Source: a virus. From it: DNA of 64,000 nt. Within the stretch, counting starts at the first letter, position 1, and each line of letters begins with the position of its first letter. The stretch covers positions 18,540-82,539 of IMG/VR virus record IMGVR_UViG_3300010354_000060; one strand, written 5' to 3'. Below are positions 1 to 8,269 of this stretch, piece after piece. Under the pieces are notes generated by a model, which was not told where the DNA came from, searched no databases, and saw nothing but the letters and a program-made list of their open reading frames with translations. A program made the translations under genes and the position numbers.

Positions 1-777
1 ACTGTTATTAAACAAGTTTACTGACCCAAGATCTCCACCACCAGAACCAGTTTCACTTGCATATTCATAGTTAACAATTTGCCTCGCATTTACAACCGTA
101 AATGTGGCATTATCGGAATAGACTGGGGAATTGCAAGCTGTTGGATGAGTTAGTTTTGCTCTAACATTATATGTTCCAACATCAGATGAAGATATTGCCA
201 GTGATGAGGTTCTTGATCCAGAGACGTTTCCACCATCACTCAAATCTGATCCATTTAGTTGCCATTGATAAATTACATCTGATGGTGTTGCGCCAACTGT
301 AAAGTATGCAGTCCTTGTCTGTGCAGCCGTCGCAGAAGCTGGTTGTCCGACAATAATGATTGATGGATAAACTGTAAGAATTACAGTATCTGTGGTTAGT
401 GGTTCATTGATTGCATTTGCAGTTGCTCCAACATTATATGCTGATGGAACATAATCAATTAACGCATAGAACTGCCTATCATTATCATTAGCATTTGTCA
501 GGTTACTTAGTGTAAGTGTGGAAGTGGAAGATCCAGATACATTTGCACCATCTGTTAATGCACCTTTACCGACCTCATACCAGCGATAACTGATTGTACC
601 ATTATTAATAGCTGGGTTTGCTGGATCTTGTGTTGGAAATGTTGCAGTTGCAGATGTAGTAAAGGTAGCAGTCCCATTATCACAAGCACCGTAATTATTT
701 GGTTGCTGTGTGATTGATAAAATGGGACCGTTAAGTTCTACTTTTGTGGGTATGTTTCTGAAGAAAGAATTTTCCAT
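1..777 (-). CDS. Virion structural / tail fibre protein with Ig-like repeats (partial, runs off the window)
   Basis: Not in the ORF track. Hand translation from ATG at 777: MENSFFRNIPTKVELNGPILSITQQP...ISYRWYE...SSTSTLTLSNL...IVGQPASAT...YQWQLNG...SGSRTSSLAI, two Ig-like 'QP..YxW..LTL' units. Starts 1 nt after the stop of the upstream gene. Confidence 0.75.
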   Translation of the reverse strand, partial: MENSFFRNIPTKVELNGPILSITQQPNNYGACDNGTATFTTSATATFPTQDPANPAINNGTISYRWYEVGKGALTDGANVSGSSTSTLTLSNLTNANDNDRQFYALIDYVPSAYNVGATANAINEPLTTDTVILTVYPSIIIVGQPASATAAQTRTAYFTVGATPSDVIYQWQLNGSDLSDGGNVSGSRTSSLAISSSDVGTYNVRAKLTHPTACNSPVYSDNATFTVVNARQIVNYEYASETGSGGGDLGSVNLFNNS

Positions 778-778
778 A

Positions 779-3700
779 TCATCCGAAGTTTTGACCGCCG
801 ACTACGCCGTATAGTGTTGCACCATTATCAAATGTTTTGAATGAATACATATCAGTTCTATTTGGAATTGTTGTTACCTGAGGAACAACACCACCACCAG
901 GCCAATAAACAGGAATTGTTGATCCTCCAGATGTTCTGAATGTATCAATTCCAACTCCATATCCAGTGCTATTTTGAGTAATCTTAAGAGTAAATGATGT
1001 GGATCCTGAAGGTGGATTAATCAATATAAACTGATTGATAGCACTCGTAACGTCAAGAGTGAATGTTTGTGCCTTTGTGAGGTCAATGGTGACAACATTG
1101 GATGAAATTGTGAGAGGTTCTACATTTTCCGAATATGTTTTCAGTCTTGTATGCCCTTCAATATCAAGTTTTGCTCTTGGTGATAAGGTTCCAATACCGA
1201 CAGAAGTTGAAGTTGTGCGAATAACCGTAGCACCTGCACCAACAGAAAGAAGAGATGATGTAATAATACCAGCAGTTACTCTTCCAGATGCTGATTGTAA
1301 ATCAAAGTTTGATGCTGTGATAATTCCGATTACATTTACAAGATTTGCGTCAACTCTATTTGCAAATTGAGCGATGTTTCTAACATAAAGATCAATATTT
1401 CCAGTGCCTGTTACACCAAGATCAAGATTATATTGTGGTTGTGAATTGCCAATACCAACACTATTCAATGCGGTATTGTAAATTCCACCAGCAACGTTAG
1501 TCCATCCAGTTGAAGAGGCATTCAGATTTGTTAAGTTGCTACCATCTCCATAGAAGTATGATGCAGTAACTGCTCCTGATACATTGGTATTGCCAGATAC
1601 AAATAACTTATATCCATTATTAGTAGTTGTTCCAATGCCAACTCCATTAGAATCTACATTAAGAACATTGCTGATTCTTAAGAAGCTACTATTTGGACTT
1701 GTTGTTCCAATACCAATCTGATCAAACAGATTAATGTTAGCATCCTTAGATAGGCTGACATTTCCTACACGATACCAACCATTTTCTACTGTGTATACCC
1801 AACCAAGATATGCACCTTTCTTTGGATTTTCATAATAAACTACATCACCTGGGTTTCCTGCAAGAGTTGGAGTTCCAACACCAACAGTATATTTTCTTGA
1901 AATTGTTGCATCACCTTGAAGGTAAAGCGAATTTGATTCAAATCCCTTAGATGAAGTTGATGTTACTTTATTGTTGAAAACAACAGGACCATTAAATTCA
2001 GATGCTACCTTACCAGTATCTCCACCATCAACTTTAATTAATCTTGAAACATATGACTCAAGGGACTGTATGACATTAACTGAAGATGAATTGCCAATAT
2101 CTTCTCCAGTAATAGTTTGAACTGGGGTATCAAAAATTTCTTCATTTCCAGTGATTGTACTCAGTCTCTTATTTCCACTATATGAAATGCCCTTATCATT
2201 CATTCCAGTGTAGAAATTAATTCCACCAGATTTTCTTGTAGACTGTGAAAGAAGTTCTTCTTCTGGAGTAATCAGACGATCTTGTTTGTCTGGGAAACCA
2301 GTTGAATAGTTACCTGGTCCAAATCCAAGATATTCAAATGTGTGTGCCGAAGCACGAATAATTGAATGTCTTCTTAATTCAACTGGTCTAACACTTACTT
2401 TCCTTACTACAGAGTTAATATCATGGAAGGATGCCTTTGTTCCTGCAACACCACGGAAAACATAAATTGGATTTGCTGCTGGATTTGTTACTGTTGTTTT
2501 TACTCTAACAATCTCATCATCAATTTGTAGATAATCGCCAATATTAATGTCAAGATTTTGAATGTTTAGAACATTAACTTCATCAGTTGTTGTGTTTGAA
2601 ACAATTGCAGAGAGAGTAGTAGTAATTCCTGCATAGGTGGTTACCATTCTTCCACCAACATTTTCATTGTCGTTGGTGATTGAACCATTTTGTGATGTTA
2701 CACCTTCACGATAAGCATAGAGAGTTCCTGTTGCTGCTGGTGCTGTGGTTCCAACGCCAACATTTAATGTGAAGGTTGTTACGTCTCTATTTTCATCAAC
2801 TATAAAACTATTATTGTAAATGCTTTGATTTGCACCAACAATTCTAATCTTATTGTCAACTCTAAATCCATGACTACCTACAGTTGTAACTGTTGCAATT
2901 CCAGTTACGTTATTGTAGTTGAATGATGCAATTCTAACTGATTTGCCAGTTAGATACGTTACTGCGCCTAAAGTAGCCGTGTATCCAATACCGATTGATT
3001 GTCCAGTAGTGATTGAACTTGCCGAAGAAACAACGAAACTATTGGCAGCACCAACTTGAACATCAGTAATTCTATACAGAGTATTGAACGGTTTTAATGT
3101 TTCCGAAGTAATTCCAGTAATGCTAACTACTTCATCAACACTATTGTATATTTGAGATACTGTAACTACTGCTTGAGAATATCCAGAAGTAGTTGCAACC
3201 CCAACCACTGCAAGATTGTTACCAATCCCATAAGAACTACCACCATCAAGAATTTTAACTGATGTGATGTTTCCAGAAGCATTGACAGTTAATTTTGCTG
3301 TCGCATGTTTACCAGTTACTGATGCTCCAATGGCAACTAAACGTGCATTATAGATATCACCAGCAGCACCACTTCCGTATCCAGCACCACTATTTGCAAT
3401 ACTTACATTAACAATTCTATTAAATCCGTGGTCAATATTTGTATGGATAATATGTGAAGATGAAGATGTAGATTGAATATCAGTAATACCGACTCCAACA
3501 TCAATATCATTCAGCAGTTTTGTAGTGGTTTCTTTTGTAATACTCTTGCGGACATCATTAACAGATACTTGACCAATTAATGATGAAGATGCAAATGATC
3601 TTGCTTCTTCTGGATCAGATTCTGGATTATCTCTATTGAGTTGTGGATACAGTTCCTTAATTGGTTGAGAATATTTTTCTTCAGTGAATGGTGCAACAGT

Positions 3701-6598
3701 TGGAGAGTTTGATGCATTTAATACTGTTAAGTAATAGATACCATCTTGTTGACCTGTTACATATCTCTGAACTTCTTGAGTTCTAAAGACATAATAGATA
3801 TCTTTAAATTTCTTTCTCTTGAAGTATGGTAGATCAATATTTCTTGCACTGGTATCATTTGTAAAAGTTCCTGGATCAGTCCCTATACCAACAGTAAATT
3901 GTTTGGCACTACTAATTCCAACGACTGAGTAACTTCCATTATAACCAGAATTTGGAACTCCACTTGTGTTTGAAGTACTTCTAATATTGATAAGTTCTAC
4001 TTCAGATCCTACAGAAAGATTATGTGGTAGTTCTGTTGAAATTTTTGCAAAATTTGAATTCCACTCAGCACCAGAAATGAACCTAAAGTTTCTCTGTTGA
4101 TTTACGTGATTGAGTGATCCACTTCCAAAATAAGTGAGAATCTCTGAAGAAGTTGATCCAATAGAAGTATTTGATTCCTGGATAATATATCCCTCAGTTG
4201 GTGGTCTTCCATATGAACCACCAGTTGATGCTGGAATTACATATCTAAACCTATAGATCTTATCTGAAGCACTTCTATTGTCAGATCTTCTTGTAATAAA
4301 CGTTCTTGGAGTAGCTTCACCAAGATTTGAAGTTCCAAGAGAAGTAATTGCAGAATAAATTGTATTCTCAGTTGCTGTGGTGGAAACCTTTACATACCAT
4401 TGAGAGTTTGTTTCATCATATTGAATTGGGTGACCAATATCGCCAGAATTTTTATCTGAAACTCTTGAAACAACTTTTAATACTCCACCTTTGCTATTGA
4501 TTGAAATTGCATTTGCAGTAAATGCATCATTTTCAGTCTTTGCAAGTTTAATTTGGGTTGTTGTTGTAAGTCCACTATTTCCATTGTCACTTGTAATGAC
4601 ATAATAAACAGTATTTGTTTCTAAACCATCTGGAATTTGACCACTATCACTATAAACACGAACAGACTCTGCATTAATAAAAGTATGTGACTGAGTTAAT
4701 GTGAGCGTATTGCTTGTGATGCTGTTAATGCCAGCAGATCTCCCAACAGTAAATGATTTTTCTGAGGAAGATTGTGATCCTGGCATCACAATTCTTGATT
4801 TGTATTCAGTTACGGTTCCACCAACAGAAAGAAGAACTTTTAACTCATCATTTTCCTTTGCACCAAAACGATATCCTTCCAAAACGTTTTCTGGTGGAAT
4901 ATCTGAATTTGAAGCATTATAAATGTATAGATTTCCAGTAGAAGCAATTCCAACTGTTTTTGTGACATCAAGAGAAGTGAACTCAATAGATCCATCAAGA
5001 GTTGTGATTTGTTTTGGTGGAATTATATGAGTAATGTATCCAACATCGTCTTGTGGGAAAGCATTAGTTTTAAATCCATCTGCAACAAGTGCTTTGGCGC
5101 CAAAATTGGAGTTGGAGTTATTGATTGATTGATCTCCACCACTTGCGGTAGAGAAGTGTTCTGCATATCCAATCGCAAACACCGATACGTTTTGAACGTA
5201 AGCGTCATTAATTGTCTTAATGTGGAAGCTACGATATGATGGTTTGTATATTGCTCTTGAATTTGTGCTGAGAGTTTCATTCCCAGGAACAGTATTATCC
5301 TGATATGTGCCACTATCGCGATCATAAACTACAAAAGCGTTATCATCTTTTTGCAGTCCAATACCCGTAAATTGGGCAATAACCATTGACTTGAATCCAC
5401 TTGCCTTGGATCCATCTGCTAAAGCACCACACAAACCAAATACTGATCTCAATGAAATATTGAAGATGTATGGAGAAGCAGAACTAACTGTATCAGATCC
5501 AAGAGTTAAGGTTGCACCAGTTACTGAAGGTAGAGCAACTGATGGTGAATTTTGTACTTGATATACAATTTGAGTATCACTGATCTTTTGAGATACTGTA
5601 TATTGCCCATTATATCCCGAAGCAGGAATACCTGAAATTCTGAATGCAGTATCTACATCAAGACCAGGAACAGGAATCGTTGTTGTAACAGTAATTTGAT
5701 TTGTTGATACTACACCATTTCCTGCTTTGATGCTGCTAATTCCTACAACATCACCAGGGGAACCAACAATTCTAAATTCATCAATTTTTGGTTGAATATC
5801 TAAGTTTGGATCTGGGTAATCTGGTTCAATTGGTCTACCAGAAGATTGTCCATATGCAAGACCAACCTTCTCATAATACATTTCAAGGTCAGTTCTATCA
5901 GTAGTATACTGTAAGAAAGGATCAGAAATTTTTACTTCATTAACACCGTCAGCATATTCAAAGCACGTTAATTTGCTGTGAGAGAAATTGGGAACGAACT
6001 GATTGGAAGTATAATCAATATACGATTTGCCGTTTGGATCAGCATCAAATAAAGAAAACTGCCAGAAGTAGCAACCACCAGTTACACGGAAAATCGCAGA
6101 TCTTGGAATATTATCGTTTGTAGGATCTGGAACATAACTTGGACGAATCTTTGTTTTTCTTAGATCAAGTCCAACAATTGAAGTTCCACGAGGAACAATG
6201 ACACCACCGTGAATACTATTAAACTTATGCAAAGCATTATCACTTGTGCTTAAGTCAAAATTAGTTGTAAGGTCAAATGGTGCAAAGTCTGTTGAAGTAG
6301 CACCACTTCTTAATCTGAACGATCCAGATCCATCAGGAATCCAACCTGGACGGTTATCTACTAAGTGATCACCAGGATAAAGTAGAACTGTGGTTTTATT
6401 GAATCTATCGTTGTTTAAACCTTTTTGATATGAAAATCTTGATGCCTCAATCAGTGCCCTTTGAATAGTCTTAAAGGGACGAGTTAGTGAGTTTCCTTGG
6501 TTTTCAATGCTATCTGTAGCATCTAAGTCATTGGGGTTAACGTAGAGGATTGTTCCCCTTGCTGACTTCAAAAAATTATCTAATCTGGAGAGACCCAT
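779..6598 (-). CDS. Large virion structural / tail fibre protein (1939 aa)
   Basis: N-terminal LYVNPND..GNSLTRPFKTIQRAL beta-helix-cap motif; Thr/Ser/Gly-rich beta repeats; repeated VGIGT fibre motifs; C-terminal WPGG..P..D.YSF..DNG..YG..GQNF tail domain; late promoter upstream. Confidence 0.8.
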   Translation of the reverse strand: MGLSRLDNFLKSARGTILYVNPNDLDATDSIENQGNSLTRPFKTIQRALIEASRFSYQKGLNNDRFNKTTVLLYPGDHLVDNRPGWIPDGSGSFRLRSGATSTDFAPFDLTTNFDLSTSDNALHKFNSIHGGVIVPRGTSIVGLDLRKTKIRPSYVPDPTNDNIPRSAIFRVTGGCYFWQFSLFDADPNGKSYIDYTSNQFVPNFSHSKLTCFEYADGVNEVKISDPFLQYTTDRTDLEMYYEKVGLAYGQSSGRPIEPDYPDPNLDIQPKIDEFRIVGSPGDVVGISSIKAGNGVVSTNQITVTTTIPVPGLDVDTAFRISGIPASGYNGQYTVSQKISDTQIVYQVQNSPSVALPSVTGATLTLGSDTVSSASPYIFNISLRSVFGLCGALADGSKASGFKSMVIAQFTGIGLQKDDNAFVVYDRDSGTYQDNTVPGNETLSTNSRAIYKPSYRSFHIKTINDAYVQNVSVFAIGYAEHFSTASGGDQSINNSNSNFGAKALVADGFKTNAFPQDDVGYITHIIPPKQITTLDGSIEFTSLDVTKTVGIASTGNLYIYNASNSDIPPENVLEGYRFGAKENDELKVLLSVGGTVTEYKSRIVMPGSQSSSEKSFTVGRSAGINSITSNTLTLTQSHTFINAESVRVYSDSGQIPDGLETNTVYYVITSDNGNSGLTTTTQIKLAKTENDAFTANAISINSKGGVLKVVSRVSDKNSGDIGHPIQYDETNSQWYVKVSTTATENTIYSAITSLGTSNLGEATPRTFITRRSDNRSASDKIYRFRYVIPASTGGSYGRPPTEGYIIQESNTSIGSTSSEILTYFGSGSLNHVNQQRNFRFISGAEWNSNFAKISTELPHNLSVGSEVELINIRSTSNTSGVPNSGYNGSYSVVGISSAKQFTVGIGTDPGTFTNDTSARNIDLPYFKRKKFKDIYYVFRTQEVQRYVTGQQDGIYYLTVLNASNSPTVAPFTEEKYSQPIKELYPQLNRDNPESDPEEARSFASSSLIGQVSVNDVRKSITKETTTKLLNDIDVGVGITDIQSTSSSSHIIHTNIDHGFNRIVNVSIANSGAGYGSGAAGDIYNARLVAIGASVTGKHATAKLTVNASGNITSVKILDGGSSYGIGNNLAVVGVATTSGYSQAVVTVSQIYNSVDEVVSITGITSETLKPFNTLYRITDVQVGAANSFVVSSASSITTGQSIGIGYTATLGAVTYLTGKSVRIASFNYNNVTGIATVTTVGSHGFRVDNKIRIVGANQSIYNNSFIVDENRDVTTFTLNVGVGTTAPAATGTLYAYREGVTSQNGSITNDNENVGGRMVTTYAGITTTLSAIVSNTTTDEVNVLNIQNLDINIGDYLQIDDEIVRVKTTVTNPAANPIYVFRGVAGTKASFHDINSVVRKVSVRPVELRRHSIIRASAHTFEYLGFGPGNYSTGFPDKQDRLITPEEELLSQSTRKSGGINFYTGMNDKGISYSGNKRLSTITGNEEIFDTPVQTITGEDIGNSSSVNVIQSLESYVSRLIKVDGGDTGKVASEFNGPVVFNNKVTSTSSKGFESNSLYLQGDATISRKYTVGVGTPTLAGNPGDVVYYENPKKGAYLGWVYTVENGWYRVGNVSLSKDANINLFDQIGIGTTSPNSSFLRISNVLNVDSNGVGIGTTTNNGYKLFVSGNTNVSGAVTASYFYGDGSNLTNLNASSTGWTNVAGGIYNTALNSVGIGNSQPQYNLDLGVTGTGNIDLYVRNIAQFANRVDANLVNVIGIITASNFDLQSASGRVTAGIITSSLLSVGAGATVIRTTSTSVGIGTLSPRAKLDIEGHTRLKTYSENVEPLTISSNVVTIDLTKAQTFTLDVTSAINQFILINPPSGSTSFTLKITQNSTGYGVGIDTFRTSGGSTIPVYWPGGGVVPQVTTIPNRTDMYSFKTFDNGATLYGVVGGQNFG

Positions 6599-6629
6599 CT
6601 TATTAGTTCTTATAGTTTCCGTTATGGAT

Positions 6630-6637
6630 TATTTATC
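6630..6637 (-). promoter_or_regulatory. T4-type late promoter (GATAAATA)
   Basis: NATAAATA about 30 nt upstream of the 1939 aa gene, just after a terminator. Confidence 0.65.
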
Positions 6638-6640
6638 ATA

Positions 6641-6700
6641 CAACAAAACCTCCCGAAGGAGGTTCTGAAGCACACGGAAGGGGTCTTGGTTAGTATCGCC
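6641..6700 (-). ncRNA. Candidate ~60 nt small RNA ending in an intrinsic terminator
   Basis: Lies directly after a sigma70 promoter (6707-6735) and contains no ORF. Ends in AACCUCC-UUCG-GGAGGUU followed by a U tract. Confidence 0.5.
6643..6664 (-). terminator. Rho-independent terminator with C(UUCG)G tetraloop
   Basis: AACCTCC TTCG GGAGGTT TTGTTG on the minus strand. Confidence 0.85.
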
Positions 6701-6706
6701 AAATAT

Positions 6707-6735
6707 AGTATACTTTACTTTTTAATTTTTGTCAA
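6707..6735 (-). promoter_or_regulatory. Sigma70-type early promoter
   Basis: TTGACA-17 bp-TATACT on the minus strand. Confidence 0.8.
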
Positions 6736-6886
6736 GTATATATTCAACTGTGGTTGCAACGTCATTCATAGCATCTCTAAGGTTTGGACGTTGACCAGAT
6801 TCCATTTTGACAATTGGGCGATGGTCGTCAACAAGAGTCCAACGCCATTGTTCCATACTATTACAATACCAAAGATTAATTTTCAT
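6722..6886 (-). CDS. Small hypothetical protein (54 aa)
   Basis: Not in the ORF track: MKINLWYCNSMEQWRWTLVDDHRPIVKMESGQRPNLRDAMNDVATTVEYILDKN. Overlaps the end of the upstream gene and resembles small cyanophage ORFs. Confidence 0.65.
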   Translation of the reverse strand: MKINLWYCNSMEQWRWTLVDDHRPIVKMESGQRPNLRDAMNDVATTVEYILDKN

Positions 6887-7031
6887 ATTTAGTATTCTCT
6901 AATTTAATCCAATTAATAAGAGCATTGACTTCCATTCGTTTTTCTTCAGTAAAATCAAATTGTTTATTGAAGAGATAAAAATCTAATGCCTCAATAGCAA
7001 GGTCTCTATCTTTTTGTGATATCAGAGACAT
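6876..7031 (-). CDS. Small hypothetical protein (MSLISQKDRDLA...)
   Basis: The ORF-track start (7121) lies inside tRNA-Leu. ATG at 7031 has a GGAGGT Shine-Dalgarno. Confidence 0.7.
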   Translation of the reverse strand: MSLISQKDRDLAIEALDFYLFNKQFDFTEEKRMEVNALINWIKLENTKYEN

Positions 7032-7045
7032 AATACCTCCTAAAG

Positions 7046-7127
7046 TGCCCAAAAGAGGACTTGAACCTCCACGAATAAATCCACTGGAACCTAAACCCAG
7101 CGCGTCTACCAATTCCGCCATTTGGGC
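7046..7127 (-). tRNA. tRNA-Leu (anticodon TAG)
   Basis: GCCCAAATGGCGGAATTGGTAGACGCGCTGGGTT-TAG-GTTCCAG...GGAGGTTCAAGTCCTCTTTTGGGCA; cloverleaf with long variable arm; no encoded CCA. Confidence 0.95.
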
Positions 7128-7131
7128 GAAG

Positions 7132-7203
7132 AGCCCCCGATCTGATTCGAACAGACGACCAATGGTTTACAAAACCATTGCTCTACCACTGAGCTACAAG
7201 GGC
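7132..7203 (-). tRNA. tRNA-Thr (anticodon TGT)
   Basis: GCCCTTGTAGCTCAGTGGTAGAGCAATGGTT-TGT-AAACCAT...GTTCGAATC...GGGGGCT. Confidence 0.95.
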
Positions 7204-7204
7204 A

Positions 7205-7480
7205 TTAATCGCAAGGTAAGCAATCTGGATTTTCCAGATCAACTTCAAAGAAACAAGGATGACACTCTTCCATTATAAGGTATCCAGATGATTTATACAA
7301 CCTTTGAGGATCGTAACGAAGATTATTATTTGCTTCGTCAATTAAATCTGGATCTTCCTGTGCAATAGAAGGAAGTTCATCAAATGTGAAAGGAACGTCA
7401 TTCATGAAAAACATTTTGACAATTGCCCATTCACCTTCAAAATCATACCAGCAATATCTGTGAGTGATTTTGTGTTTCAT
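7205..7480 (-). CDS. Hypothetical protein (91 aa)
   Basis: ORF between tRNAs with GGGGAG RBS and a late promoter upstream. Confidence 0.7.
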   Translation of the reverse strand: MKHKITHRYCWYDFEGEWAIVKMFFMNDVPFTFDELPSIAQEDPDLIDEANNNLRYDPQRLYKSSGYLIMEECHPCFFEVDLENPDCLPCD

Positions 7481-7489
7481 TTGTTTCTC

Positions 7490-7512
7490 CCCACATACAA
7501 TATTTATGTGGG
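7490..7512 (-). promoter_or_regulatory. Late promoter (CATAAATA) inside a hairpin that sequesters the RBS
   Basis: Minus strand CCCACATA-AATATTG-TATGTGGG-GAGAAACAAATG; 8 bp inverted repeat. Confidence 0.55.
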
Positions 7513-7514
7513 AA

Positions 7515-7587
7515 TAGGGATGGTGGGATTCGAACCCACCCTGGACAGATTTTAAGTCTGCTGCCTCTTCCGCTGGGCTACATCCCC
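7515..7587 (-). tRNA. tRNA-Leu (anticodon TAA), short variable loop
   Basis: GGGGATG TA GCC CAGCGGAAGA GGC A GCAGA CT-TAA-AA TCTGT CCAGG GTGGG TTCGAAT CCCAC CATCCCT A (73 nt). Confidence 0.9.
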
Positions 7588-7593
7588 AAGGAA

Positions 7594-7800
7594 TTAACCT
7601 TTATAGGTTACTGGATGATACTTCAGATATTCAAAGAATGTCAACTTCATTTCTTTTTGTGACATTCCACAGTGTTTTGCTGCGGCAGGCAAATTCATTT
7701 TTGAGTAAAATAATCCCTCGTTTGCTTCCTTCACGTTTTGTGGCGTTGTTTTCACTGGTTCTTCTCTCAGGGTCTTGTGACTAATGTGATAAAGATTCAT
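7594..7800 (-). CDS. Hypothetical protein (68 aa, possible HTH-like motif)
   Basis: ORF track; MNLPAAAKHCGMSQKEM resembles a helix-turn-helix. Confidence 0.65.
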   Translation of the reverse strand: MNLYHISHKTLREEPVKTTPQNVKEANEGLFYSKMNLPAAAKHCGMSQKEMKLTFFEYLKYHPVTYKG

Positions 7801-7873
7801 GAAAAAGTAATAGAAGTAAAATTTTACTGGATTTTTTTTCGGACCAAAATGGAATTTAATTCCGATTTTGGTA

Positions 7874-7944
7874 AGCGGGTGACGAGGATCGAACTCGTGA
7901 TTCCAACTTGGAAGGATGGCGTGTTACCGCTACACTACACCCGC
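7874..7944 (-). tRNA. tRNA-Gly (anticodon TCC)
   Basis: GCGGGTGTAGTGTAGCGGTAACACGCCATCCT-TCC-AAGTTGGAATCACGAGTTCGATCCTCGTCACCCGCT. Confidence 0.95.
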
Positions 7945-7953
7945 AATAAAGAC

Positions 7954-7982
7954 ATAGTAGCACAAAAGCATTACCATGTCAA
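7954..7982 (-). promoter_or_regulatory. Sigma70-type early promoter for the tRNA cluster
   Basis: TTGACA-17 bp-TACTAT ending about 10 nt before tRNA-Gly. Confidence 0.8.
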
Positions 7983-8010
7983 GTACGCAATAACCAAATG
8001 AACTTACAAA

Positions 8011-8214
8011 TCAACTAACTACCAGAGGATCAGAATAACTGAGAACATCATCATCAACAGTGGCACGAACGAAAGAAAGAACATTCATGAATTCGTTAAC
8101 GTTGTCGCAAGTTACAACCTTTTCACCACCAAGATTTGAATACATGTAAACTTTACGAGATGCTGTGTCAATAACGCAACGAGTCAGGAATTCTTCTTCG
8201 TTTTCGTGGGTCAT
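8011..8214 (-). CDS. Hypothetical protein (67 aa)
   Basis: ORF track; has its own sigma70 promoter upstream. Confidence 0.7.
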   Translation of the reverse strand: MTHENEEEFLTRCVIDTASRKVYMYSNLGGEKVVTCDNVNEFMNVLSFVRATVDDDVLSYSDPLVVS

Positions 8215-8240
8215 GTGAGATCCGTTTCAATTACCTATGT

Positions 8241-8269
8241 ATCATAGGGCATCCCCGCCCCTTTGTCAA
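8241..8269 (-). promoter_or_regulatory. Sigma70-type early promoter
   Basis: TTGACA-17 bp-TATGAT, overlapping the stop codon of the upstream gene. Confidence 0.75.

Noticed and set aside
6674-6683. Complementarity of the candidate sRNA (CUUCCGU) to the riboswitch ACGGAAG and to the tRNA-Leu D loop
   Set aside because: Matches of 7-10 nt are expected by chance in 64 kb.
7045-7278. ORFs spanning the tRNAs (7045..7278, the 5' part of 6876..7121, also 7738..8001)
   Set aside because: They are translations of tRNA genes.
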